DNA of 64,000 nt from Amoebidium appalachense (taxonomy: Eukaryota; Protista; Ichthyosporea), in NCBI GenBank assembly GCA_963693365.1, contig CAVNZM010000012.1:3755292-3819291 (forward strand), read 5' to 3'. The position numbers were made by a program, and so were the translations under genes. Under the pieces are notes generated by a model. The model did not search any database. It was not told where the DNA came from and worked only from the letters and a program-made list of their open reading frames with translations. Shown here one piece after another: positions 1 through 56,677 of this stretch. Every line of letters begins with the position of its first letter. The stretch's first letter is position 1.

Positions 1-192
1 ACCATTTCTCTCTTCCTGCTCTATATCCCCCCCCCACCCCCCCCCCTCCCCTCCCCCCTTCATGCATGCACGTCTAACTAAGTCCTTCAATCCCCATGCC
101 ATGCATGCATTCAAAGAGTCCCCCACCACCCACATGCACTAGCACCATTTCTCTCTTCCTGCTCAGTCTGTATTCCCTGCATGCACTAGCAG
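1..192. repeat. Short direct repeats
   Basis: accatttctctcttcctgctc occurs at 1 and ~143; atgcactagca occurs at ~135 and 181. Confidence 0.7.
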
Positions 193-326
193 TGTTACTC
201 GTTCATCCCAGCCCGGGCCAATGGTATGCAAAGTAACTGTATCGGCCGTGCAGCGCTGTCGTTGTGTGTTTATTTTCGTGTTTTCGGGTCGGTGCACGTG
301 TGGTGTGGAGTACCATGTTTATTGCT

Positions 327-583
327 TTTTGTATCAGCGCTGGCGTGTACTCCACTTTTGTATCAGCGCTGGCGCTGTGATTGTCGTGTACTCCACTTTT
401 GTATCAGCGCTGGCGCTGTGATTGTCGTGTACTCCACTTTTGTATCAGCGCTGGCGGTACTCCACTTTTGTATCAGCGCTGGCGTGTACTCCACTTTTGT
501 ATCAGCGCTGGCGCTGTGATTGTCGTGTACTCCACTTTTGTATCAGCGCTGGCGCTGTGATTGTCGTGTACTCCACTTTTGTA
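327..583. repeat. Tandem array of 7 units (28-29 bp and 41 bp variants)
   Basis: The unit is ttttgtatcagcgctggcg[ctgtgattgtcg]tgtactccac, in the order S,L,L,S,S,L,L. An inverted partial copy (gtggagtac) lies at ~304-312. Confidence 0.95.
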
Positions 584-602
584 GCGCGGTGTGTTAATTG
601 AA

Positions 603-875
603 TTAAAAGTCCGAGTGACTTGTTTGTCTCAGAGTGGTGTCGTACTCCGCAGCACCCGTCTTCTTATTGAAATAGTATATGACTGCATACACCAATGGTG
701 TAACCAATAAACATGTGAGGACAATAGCAGCGCTGACGTACACCAGATACATTTTGTTCACTTTCTCTCTAGCATTCGGTTCGGACTTCATTAAATTGTA
801 CCAGTGTATATTTGCAACGACACTGCATATAGATATCACATAAAGAATGCCTGTGGTGACCGTGCTGTCGAACAT
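603..875 (-). CDS. Small intronless putative membrane protein (~90 aa, two hydrophobic segments)
   Basis: The first ATG at 875 gives MFDSTVTTGILYVISICSVVANIHWY...MYLVYVSAAIVLTCLLVTPLVYAVIYYFNKK. The frame is open from 1016 but has no earlier ATG. No recognisable family. Confidence 0.4.
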   Translation of the reverse strand: MFDSTVTTGILYVISICSVVANIHWYNLMKSEPNAREKVNKMYLVYVSAAIVLTCLLVTPLVYAVIYYFNKKTGAAEYDTTLRQTSHSDF

Positions 876-1179
876 GTACGTGTACCTCACAAAACTTTCA
901 GTATCCGACGTGTTACACCCCAAAAGTGACCTCTCTGAGATCTTGCCTGTGGTACAAACTCTTGATGCCGTGTTGCTCTTGTGTTTTACCAGTACCCCTC
1001 TCTCCAGATGCCGAATTTAGATTGGAATTCGTGAATACACCCATGTGATTGGTCAGTGGTTTGGCACCAAGAGATTGATTGATATGCCATCAACCAGTCA
1101 ACAAAAAGTACTCGCTTTTACTTTTTGTCTCGCTTCACCCCAATCCAAGAACAGTGCACACCAAAACAAAACACTAGAA

Positions 1180-1662
1180 ATGGGAGACGCACTTTTGCGC
1201 CCCGATTCGGTTGACCCCGAACGATGCCCTGCATTTGCACCCTCAAAAAAAGCCCAGTGCAAAAACAAAAAGAAAACATGCCCACACCACAAGGACGGCT
1301 TCAAGCCCTGGGTATGCTTTGCCCCTGCCACCGGTGTCCTCCTCTACAGCGACAACACCATCAACATCCTCCACCCCCACAAGGCCGGGGACTATGCTCA
1401 TGCAAACCTCCTGCTGGACGACCTCCTGGCCGCCTTTACAGTCGCAGAAATGCAGCGCCCTCGCACCGAGCGCACCGGGGTACCCGCGCTGACTGTGTCC
1501 ACTCCGGATCCACCCATGGGTGCACCACAGCCACCGGTTGCAGCTGCAGCGGTGGGTGTGGGCAGGGAAAATGGGTACTGCCAGGGCAAAACCAGGGCTG
1601 GCAATCCCTGCAAAAACAGGGTGAAATCTACGACCCATTGCCATAAGCACAAGCCCAAATAA
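1180..1662 (+). CDS. 160-aa protein with two Cys3His zinc-ribbon motifs (DUF5763-like)
   Basis: ATG follows an A-rich leader (acaaaacactagaaATG). Motifs are CPAFAPSKKAQCKNKKKTCPHH and CQGKTRAGNPCKNRVKSTTHCHKH; the second matches the C-x3-T-x2-G-x2-C-x-N...C-x2-H pattern common in large DNA virus proteins. Intronless. Confidence 0.65.
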   Translation: MGDALLRPDSVDPERCPAFAPSKKAQCKNKKKTCPHHKDGFKPWVCFAPATGVLLYSDNTINILHPHKAGDYAHANLLLDDLLAAFTVAEMQRPRTERTGVPALTVSTPDPPMGAPQPPVAAAAVGVGRENGYCQGKTRAGNPCKNRVKSTTHCHKHKPK

Positions 1663-1726
1663 AAAAACCACCCACACACCCCCACGTGCCAACATACACT
1701 ATCCTCCCCGTGAGTGGCATGCCAGT

Positions 1727-1849
1727 CCCCCCTGCCCCCCCTGCCCCCCCCTGCCCCCCTGCCCCCCCTGCCCCCCCTGCCCCCCTGCCCCCCTGCCCCC
1801 CTGCCCCCCTGCCCCCCCTGCCCCCCTGCCCCCCTGCCCCCCTGCCTGC
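1727..1849. repeat. (C5-7TG)n array, G-quadruplex-forming on the minus strand
   Basis: About 16 copies of cccccTG variants. The 3' end plus ccggaacca..ccccagtggtggca is duplicated at ~1988-2040. Confidence 0.9.
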
Positions 1850-2076
1850 CGGAACCAGGCCCCCCAGTGGTGGCATTCCAACACGTGCATGCTAGAAGAT
1901 CGTGCTACATGAACAAATGGTCTTAACTCAGCCATACACACAACCATGGTTCCCCCACTCTCCCCAGCCTCCTGTGCACGTGTGCCTCCCCTGCCCCCCT
2001 GCCCCCCCTGCTGCCGGAACCACGGCCCCCAGTGGTGGCAGCCAGTGCCTTACATGCTAATCTATTCTATGGCCAC

Positions 2077-2164
2077 ATGGCCAGATGGCCAGATTGTTTT
2101 GACTTCAGGTGGATCCCCCCCCCCCCCTGCTCACCGACTGAATTTGATCTGGCCATCTGGCCAT
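2077..2164. repeat. 18-bp perfect inverted repeat
   Basis: atggccagatggccagat (2077-2094) pairs with atctggccatctggccat (2147-2164). Confidence 0.85.
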
Positions 2165-2282
2165 CTGGGTATAAACCGTTTTCTGTTCTAATATTGGAGA
2201 ACTGTCGATAGTGATAGAAAATGTCATTGGAAGAACAATCGGGAAATCCCGTGGTGTGACAACCAATCAGAATGAAGCAATA

Positions 2283-2643
2283 TTGGGATATTCGGGTTGG
2301 TTGTAAGGTTTTCGGGTCGGGCCGAAGGCCCTAACGGGCCGCAGGCCCGCCTATTGGGCCGCTAGGCCCTTGGCCGCTAGCCCCGGGGCCCCGGGGACCG
2401 GGGGGCCCGACCCGGCCCGCGAGCCACCCCCGGCCCGGCCCGGCGGCCCCGGGGTTAGCAGCCGCTGCTAACCCCGGGGCCGCCGGGCCGGGCCGGGGGT
2501 GGCTCGCGGGCCGGGTCGGGCCCCCCGGTCCCCGGGGCCCCGGGGCTAGCGGCCAAGGGCCTAGCGGCCCAATAGGCGGGCCTGCGGCCCGTTAGGGCCT
2601 TCGGCCCGACCCGAAAACCTTACAACCAACCCGAATATCCCAA
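2283..2643. repeat. Perfect 361-bp GC-rich palindrome (180-bp arms, 1-nt centre at 2463)
   Basis: ttgggatattcggg...ggggttagcagc C gctgctaacccc...cccgaatatcccaa; the arms read as exact reverse complements. Confidence 0.97.
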
Positions 2644-3188
2644 ATCCTGTTCCAATAGATGAATGCGGCGGCAACTGTTGTGCATCCACTGTTGTGTGGG
2701 AGTGGTGGCTTCTTATCATACGCCCAGTAGCTATGGGGCGCCCCGTCTGTGTAGGGTTCGTTATACTAGTTTCGTTCAGGTGGCACCTCTTAATAGTTTG
2801 GGTTGAAAGGGATTGTTAGAAGTTACGCCTCTCTGCTTAACACGGGGTTATTCTGACTGCGGCAGTTAGATGGGCCACACAGAATTGGACAGGGATGCCA
2901 AAGGGATTCTGTGACATAAACATAGTGATCGTGGCGTGGCTATAATGTAGGCGTAGATTATTAATTGGGATTTGGCCCATTCATGGTTAACCTCGTAACA
3001 TCGGGTGTCGACCCATACATGATTGAGCAAGCTTTAATTTTGATGCTACTTAACTAAATAAGGGGTGCCTCGTTTGGCTAGACAATACTGAGAGAACTCA
3101 GTTGGGTACGGTACCGGTAGGGTGCGCTGTTTCACTTTTCAATAGCTGGCCATACCCAAGGAGACCAGTCGCTTTAGTTGAAGCTAAT

Positions 3189-5184
3189 ATGAGGCGTGCT
3201 CTCTTCCGCGCGTACGAGAGTGCCAGAGCATTCCTGCTTGGATGTATAGCAGCATGGATCTACTTCGGTAAAGAAAAAATTACTACTGATCCTTCAGTTC
3301 TGGTCGAGGCCCCCGTTGGGGGCCCTCAAAGCCCGACCAATAAGTCGAAACGCCGAAAGAAGGGCAACGGTAGTCCGGAATCCAGCAGGCTAAACCCAGC
3401 TGGGCCAGTGTCTACACGGCTCAGCCAAGACGCACTATTGGTGGTTGGCAGCAAAAACACAGTGCATGAGCAGGAAGGCCTCAGTATTTCTGGCGAAACC
3501 AAACAAAACAGACGGCCCCGCTCCGCCAGCATCAGCTCGGGTAGTGGATCTGACTCGCCCAGGCGCAACAAGAAAAAGAAGGCAAAATCTGCACACGGTC
3601 AAGTTACCGGGGGAAGCCATGACGAAAAACTGCAGGTGAAAACCGCACAGCATGTGTTGCCATCCAGCCCTTTACGCACACCAGCACAAAACCATGCCGC
3701 CGAGTTACACTCCGGACCGAGAGGGATAGCCAACTATGGCAACACCTGCTACATCGACACGGTTCTGATCAGCATGTTTGCTGGCACCAATTTGTTTGAC
3801 TCTACCCTGGTTCCTGCTGCTAGAGATCTTACTGGGTACGTTGCGTATAGACGATGGAACTGTTCCTTAGTTTTTATTACTGGCGTACCCAGCATTATGC
3901 TTGGCTTGGGCATTCACTGATCTTCCTTAAACTAATACCGAGCTCCCCCCTACCCCCCCCCTCCCCCCCCCCCCCCCTCGCCCCCTTCCCCTCCCCCCCC
4001 CCTCCCCTTGCCCCGCCTCTGGGTAGAAGGAGCTTACACTTATTTCAATTCTGCTAACCAAAGTAATCCCTATGCAGGGCAACGGAGGTGCAGACAGCAG
4101 TCTCTGATATCATCAAAGTTCTCCGCAGCAATCAACTGGTCCCCTCTCAGATGGTCGAGGACCTGAGGAAACTCCTAAACTTTTCAGAGCGGCAGCATGA
4201 TGCTAGCGAGTTCCTTTTAAGGTTATTGGAACACCTCAACTACACGGCCGTCCCACACAGGGAAACACTCGTGCACAACGGAGTTCCAGAGCGTGGCGAC
4301 CAGAAAATGGTTATTGAGCCTGTCCACGCCATTTCAATGGCAGGCGCACGTGGCACGGATGGAAAGGGGTTGCTCTTTGAGGAGCTCCTGGAGAATCACC
4401 TTACTCGTGACAAGGTGGACGGTCTCCGGCGGTCTGTTAGGACGCCTACTGGCGAGGTAATCGATGTTTTTATTTACGAGTTGTCCATAACTATGCACTA
4501 GCTCTTTGTGGGATAACATAGGCAGACAAGAGGGTAACCACAGTTCCTGTGGTGCGAAGTCCATTTTGCACAGAAAGGAAGCACCTTGATTTGTTATTTT
4601 TTTTAGCCCTGTCATGCGCCAGGACATAGAGCTGAAAGTAAGGTTTGCGGTGGTGCATGTGCCAGGAGGGAGCTAGATGGTGGTTCCTTACTGTCGTCTC
4701 TTATTCCACTTGACTAATCTGCTCTACCAAACAGATCATGCCGGCAACCGTTAGTGCGCAAAAGCAGCTTGCGTTTGTACCATCGGCGCCGGAAAAGAAG
4801 TCGTGCCCAAGGTCAGCTGGTACTATCCCACACAGTCAGCCCCTGATGTTCTCTCTCAAGCGTTACGACGACTATCTTCAGCGAGTTTCTGCGAGCGTCA
4901 AGATTCCAGAGGAGCTAAACGTGAGTGGGTATGTGGAGGGTGTGGGTGACGGCGGGGTTGCTCAGTTGGCACTTCAGTCGGTCATTTGCCATCACGGCAC
5001 ATCGATGGACAGCGGGCACTACACGGCTTACACGCACGTCGACGGAGCCTGGTGGAAGTTTGACAGCTACAAGAACCCCATATCGTCACCTTGTCAGGAC
5101 GTGGCAGCCATGCATCTCGAGTGGGAGGCTAATGCATACACACTCTTCTACGAACTCAAGTTTGTTTGTCCCCCTGGTGCCTGA
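3189..5184 (+). CDS. Ubiquitin-specific protease (peptidase C19), 3 exons: 3189-3835, 4078-4456, 4735-5184
   Basis: Cys box GIANYGNTCYIDTVL, RQHDASEFL and His box VICHHGTSMDSGHYTAY...WWKFDS are present. The GT-AG introns are phase-compatible. There is an N-terminal hydrophobic stretch (FLLGCIAAWIYF). Confidence 0.9.
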
Positions 5185-6078
5185 ATGTGTTACTTGAGTG
5201 GCAAAGACACATCCTTGTATGAATGACTCGATACGAAGCACGCCACGTACAAAACACGGTTTTGAAGGGTATCTGGAGTAGAAAACACAAAATAGTAAGT
5301 AGTGGAAGATCTAACGAGGCATCAAACAGATACACATGTTCGTTTAGGCACCCACCGGGTAGGCGCGCGCCTTTGTGCACTCTGGCTGTAGAACATGGGT
5401 ATTGGTTTATGCTGGTGTTTGGTCTTTGGTTTTCTGTTATTGACGGGCTCGTTTTGTTTACCCCTGCCCCAGTCACACTAGCCGCGAACGCTTTGTGTGT
5501 CGTGATCGACTGTAGCCTTCTTCCTTCTTTTTTTTCTGTACTAGAGTTCCTTGTAACCAGCTCTTGTAACTATTATCGGCTAGTAACCGATTTTCCGCTG
5601 ACACAAACAAACCAACGTAACTGTAAAGGAATGAATGCTAGCTATGAGGCTGAAGACACCACTGTCAACAATAAATGCTTTTTGCAGAATGAAACACACC
5701 ACACATTTCCCCGAACAAAACTGTTCCATTCCAGCATCGCTCAGCTGGCGTACCAACGGTGAGAAGCCTTTTCGCAGATTCATGGCTGCAATAAATAATT
5801 TCCATCGCAATCGCATGATCTAATATCCGATTGCGTTCTGGCGCCAAACCCAGCTTTTTGCGTAACCTTTGGGGTATAAATGGGCTCATGAGCCTTTTTC
5901 AGTCAGTCAGTCAGTCAGTCAGGAAATAAATGTTCACGGATCGATCCCAGCTTGTGCGCAGAGTGAACTCTCTCTTTTACGAACTTATATAGCAGCCACG
6001 GATAAGAGTTTGAAACTTTATAGTCTATTAACTCCACACTAGCCGTGGCTTTGGCCCTTGTGGCCACCCGGCGAAAAC

Positions 6079-38045
<31,967 letters not shown>

Positions 38046-38149
38046 CCCCCACCCCACGACGAATATGCTGGAACTATAGTGTGCGGCATACAAGTATTTG
38101 GTTGCTTGCTGCTTGCCTTATTCGGCGGACTATCTTGTATGCCATCAAA

Positions 38150-38181
<32 letters not shown>

Positions 38182-38182
38182 A

Positions 38183-38213
<31 letters not shown>

Positions 38214-38978
38214 CCCTCCTTGCCGAATGCACTCCCTTTGCTCCTTTGATTAGAGCAAACAATCTCGATACTCATAGAGTTCCATAACTGCACGTATGTA
38301 GACATGCCATGTACGGTATCAAACCTCCTCACCCATGTTAACTTTGTTTGTTTTTCCCGTTTCTTTCTTGTCTTGTATCAGTTATCTTGCAGATCTGATT
38401 AATGCAAATCTGCAAAATCGTTCAGTATCGAGTCTTTTGAGGGTTTACAGTACGACTTGGTGTGTGGGCTTTGCACACGGGGGCAAATACTGTGCGAATG
38501 CATATGCGTTGTAAGAGGAAAATCAAGTATTCCATATTTATTGCTTGCCAATTTTAAATTCAGTGTGATCGGATAGGCCATATGTTGTGACTATAAACTT
38601 TATGAATTGTAAATATTTGGTTATCTTTTCTGGTGTATTCTGAGTGGACTGTTGGCCTGCAAGTATTTTGAAAATATTCCAAATTTAGAGTTTCTCTCCT
38701 CGACCTCGGGATGTGGTTATGTGAATGACTGTGTGTATGTTTTCTGCGCTGTGTATGGCATGGCGAACGGCTGTGAAAGATGGTTGATGAACAATGAATA
38801 CCCGCAAACTAGGAAGTCCCGTATTGCTTGTAGGATGTATGCCCATAAATGGGCAAAGGTTACCTGTAAGATCATTGGCTGGCCCCATGATCCTCTTAAT
38901 TACAACCGCATTCCATGTATTTGCACTACCGTGCTCTCCAGGACCTCGGATTGAGCCCTTTTCCCCATATGTACATAT

Positions 38979-39014
<36 letters not shown>

Positions 39015-39051
39015 TGTCTTCTTCTTTTTCTTTTCCTTTTTTTTTTTTTTT

Positions 39052-39084
<33 letters not shown>

Positions 39085-39191
39085 GCATATTCCTCGGCTC
39101 TGGTCACCAGTCGGCCTAGGCCTGTGGTCACTGCCAAATTCAAAAACACCTTCAGAGAGTAATTGATGTGACTAATCACATGGCGGGAGGC

Positions 39192-39236
<45 letters not shown>

Positions 39237-40848
39237 GTTGAATGTATACGTAGAATCTGAATGAACGGTAATTATTGTTGGTTCGATATATGGATATGTA
39301 CAAATACAACAGCCATGTACATGTGAATAAGATCTGGTGTGCATGTGTGTGTTTGTGTGTGACACTGTGTGGTGGTGATGTGGTGGTGGTGGTGGTGGTG
39401 GTGGAGAGAGGAGGGGGGGGGGGGGATACGTGAAAGCTCAAACAGTGACGTAAGCCGCCCAATCAGATCCGCAACGATGAAGAGTCGTGCAAAAATTTAT
39501 GATCGATCGTCTGGCTGCCGCCATTAGTAAAATTATACCAGATCTACTGTTAGCAAAAACACGTGAGGCATAAAACATGGACCATCAAAATGCTTTGGAC
39601 GCTTAAAAATAACACAAAAAGAATATATAACAAACTAAAAAGCAAAAAGTAAAAATATCTATAGGTTCTTCTATTTTTAATTATTTTTCCTTTGATTTTT
39701 GACTGTAGATTATCAGTTGTCAAGAAATTTGTATATGTTTGGAATCGTACTATGAAAAATCTTGACCCATTCGCGCTAGAGTACAAGTTTTCCCATGGTT
39801 TTAGACTTCTCTAAAACACTTTGTTATAAATGCTATTTTTAATGCACCAAACAGCACGGTTTGTTTGTCTATAGACCTTGAATTACCCTACTGAGAGTAT
39901 AACGACCCCCGCTTTGGTTGCATCTTGCCGGTAGATCTCGGATGTCCGGGTTCGAATCATAGATTTGAGCTGCGGCGCCGCTAATCTTTGCCTAGGGGAC
40001 TGTTTTTTATATTTTTTGAACTACAGTTCTATATAGAAAGATGTTTGTATTCTTTTCTTTCTTTATTACTTTTATATTTTTCGAAGACAAAAATAAACAC
40101 ACCAAACTTTGGCGGGTTGACAGTAAGACAAGCTGGCCCTGTTTTCCGGGAAAAAGGGAAACCGATTTCGAAACAACCATGTCCCAACTCTAAATGATTT
40201 ATGCAGCCGATCGTTTATAAACCAATCATATACGGTAAATCATGCTATAACGGATTGTTTAAATTTATTCATTCTGAAGAGTTTTGCCGGTCTATTTAGG
40301 CGGCGGAAGTCCGTTGCATGTACCATTAGTCGCCGAAGCCCACTGTGCAACGGTCTGAGTGATTGGCCCTCAGTATGATATCGGCGAGCTGACCCCAAGG
40401 GGTTTCCGGATCCTCCAGGGACAAAACGCCGAGTAAACTTAAAAAACAGCTATAAAAAAAAATATATAAAAAAAAACGATACGGAATAATTGCAGTATCA
40501 TCCTCATTAATATTATTAATATCATTCCTGCAGTCATGAGTGTTCGCTTTCCGCCTCGTTTTTTATTACATGAAGTGCTAAAGGCTCCGGTCATCCGGCG
40601 TTGTCACGCACCCTCGAGCAGTTCATCCACGGTGGCCGCGTGAGCGTGGCACCTCGGAACTTGAACAAACCACGCCCACGGGGCATGCCCATGCTCCTAT
40701 CTACATGCGCATATGCGTCATGTGCACGCACCTCGTATTATGTACTCATATGTATACGTATTCAAAACGTTTCCCACTCCGAGCTTCGAATACCCCTCCC
40801 GCTCCCCGTGGCCTCCCCCCCCCGGCAGTCCCCCCTCCCCGCCCTCCC

Positions 40849-40888
<40 letters not shown>

Positions 40889-41129
40889 CCCCCGCCCCGC
40901 CCCTCCCCCCTCCAAGCCATTAATCTAACCCCCTCCCCTCCCCCCCCCCCGGGCCCCCTCACACACACCCAGCCTAAACATCCACCCGCCACAGTATCGA
41001 TGATCACGCACCCCTCCACCCGGGCCACCACTGCACAACAACCACACCGGTACCATGGTCCACTACCACCAGCAGTGCACCACCAGGCCCTTTGGATTGT
41101 CCGACTCCTCCTCACAGAGTCTCTCTCTC

Positions 41130-41161
<32 letters not shown>

Positions 41162-42344
41162 CCCCCCCCCCTCTCTCTCTCTCACTTTCCCTCATTCTCC
41201 CTCTCTCCCCCTCTTTCTCTCCCCCCACCCCCCCCCTCTCTCCCCCTCTCTCTCGCTCATTGTGTGGGCCCCCCCTCCACCCCCTCTAGCTCGCTGCCGC
41301 CGCGCGCGCACCAACGGCAATCACTTGCTGACAGCGAAAAACGGCTGGCCAATGGTAAAACAATCTACTATAGTAGGCCAATCACAGCACCGGTGATGCT
41401 TTTTTTACGGACTAGCAGGCGATTGGCTTACAAAGTGGCTGGCGAACTCGGAGGACGTTGCCGTTCCTTATGGCCTTTTGAAATTGAAACAATTTTTACA
41501 AAAACAATCCCATATATTTGGATGCATTGGAGCTTTTGCGTCTTTTAAGCCCAATGGCCCCACAATAATAGCAGCGAACTTGCTAAGAGCGTCCGCAATC
41601 GGGTGCCCCTCCATATCACCGGGCCGCGGTCCGCGCCGGCGCCGCCGCCTGGAGCCTTGGACCACCACTCACTTATTCCTCATTATGATTGGTTAATATT
41701 CTTACATATGTCATGGCGGTTTCTTTTATTGTTCACCTGAGAGCGCTTTGATTGGTCTCTGTGGCATCCAACCTGTGCAATCAGGATTCCGTGTTTCAAA
41801 TTTTCAGTTCGTGTGCATTTGATGCACAGGAAACGAGGAACATCGTTCTACGTTTTCTATCTACTACAGATGTATACACCTTATTCCTAGAGGAGTTAGC
41901 TATTGACAAACTGATACGCCTAGTAGAAAAACACCTTAATTTTTTTCGCGAACCATATCAAGCAGAAGCATATGTTGAATAACTTGGTAGGAATTCTGAT
42001 ATATTTCTTGCACCCAACACACGTGTGGTCGGTCAACCCACCTGTTGTGTGGCACACACTAATCCGTGAGTCTGTCAAACCTCGCGTTTTTTTCTCGCTG
42101 GATCCTCTGTCACAATAGTGGAAACGATGGCCTCTAGCTAATTTATACAGTATATACGTAGTTTCTGTCTCTGTGAGCAGAGAGTAGAGAAAGCAGTGCC
42201 TGAACACACGAAAGGCACTGCCAGAGGAGGGCGTTTTTCTTTACTCTCTGCCCAAGTCCAGAGGCTACAGGTCCGGTACAACCGGTAGGTGCGATACCGC
42301 TGCACGTAATGACTTTCTTGAAATAATTCACTGCGTAATACACA

Positions 42345-42840
<496 letters not shown>

Positions 42841-43822
42841 ATCATACATACATACATGTAAACCCAGTGGCACACACAGCCGGCAGGGGCAACCCACTGC
42901 TCAGACCCAAATTTACTCGAGGACATGCCATAATAATCCTTCTGGGATATTCCCGATTTACTGTGTACACAATCCATGGCCACACGTAAGCATACACACA
43001 CATCCGCACGGCACGCCGTACAATGACATCCGTGCACGATCATTCACCGCCGAAATGTGTTTTCACACATACAGACGGTGTGATTAGCAACGTACACGCA
43101 CACACACCATAGCATACATACACACACAAACATTGTCTTCCACTCACACATACATACAGGCTCAGCACATTCGCATGCACGCGCACAGTTACACACACAC
43201 AAAGAAGAAAAACACACAAAATATACATATATCATATATAAAATACTTAACCCAGATCTGGGATGATATAGCTGCTATATACTGATGTTTTGGTTGCCAA
43301 TAGCAGAGTATGTGGTTGCTGCGTACTCTGTAGACAGGGTTTATGGACTCGTTTGTGCACTCCAGCATACAAGACATCGGAGATTAACTGACACAACGCG
43401 GTTCTTGGAAGACATATCCCAGGATAGATAGCAATGGCACAGGGGGTGAAAAAAAGATGTTCATTAGGTTCGTGCACTGTCGGCTGCTGATCTCATGACA
43501 ACTGGCACCATGCTTAAACCATACACACACACTACCCCGCCATGGTTATACCTTGCTTGCACCATAAATGCACTCGCCACTTGCAAACAATACTAACACT
43601 ACAAGCATCATACATCATACATCACTCCCCCCAAAAGAATCGTATCCAAATATTACTTGCATGGTACATCACACCACACTAAATTTAAACGTATATTATT
43701 CACATCATAGTATTGCATCACACCTCAATCAAATTGTAAGCGCATAAAACATAAAACATGTATATAAAGAATCTTTTGTATAATCAATACTTACACCATG
43801 CACATATTCAGAAGCGGAAAAA

Positions 43823-56677
<12,855 letters not shown>

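Larger units (their letters stand above)
1..2643. mobile_element. Putative terminal region of an integrated virus-like/mobile element (continues left of the window)
   Basis: Intronless small ORFs, tandem arrays and inverted repeats end in a 361-bp perfect palindrome. The organisation differs sharply from the intron-rich host genes to the right. No hallmark gene (polymerase, capsid, integrase) lies within the window, so the call is inference. Confidence 0.5.

Noticed and set aside
327-583. CRISPR-like array
   Set aside because: The units are contiguous and the inserts identical; there are no unique spacers or cas genes, and the context is eukaryotic.
1045-1179. N-terminal extension of the zinc-ribbon ORF
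   Set aside because: The track's start is GTG. An in-frame ATG at 1084 is possible, but the region looks like a promoter/leader and ATG 1180 has the better context.
5223-5889. ORFs between USP and TAF1
   Set aside because: No recognisable motifs; likely the 3' UTR and promoter.
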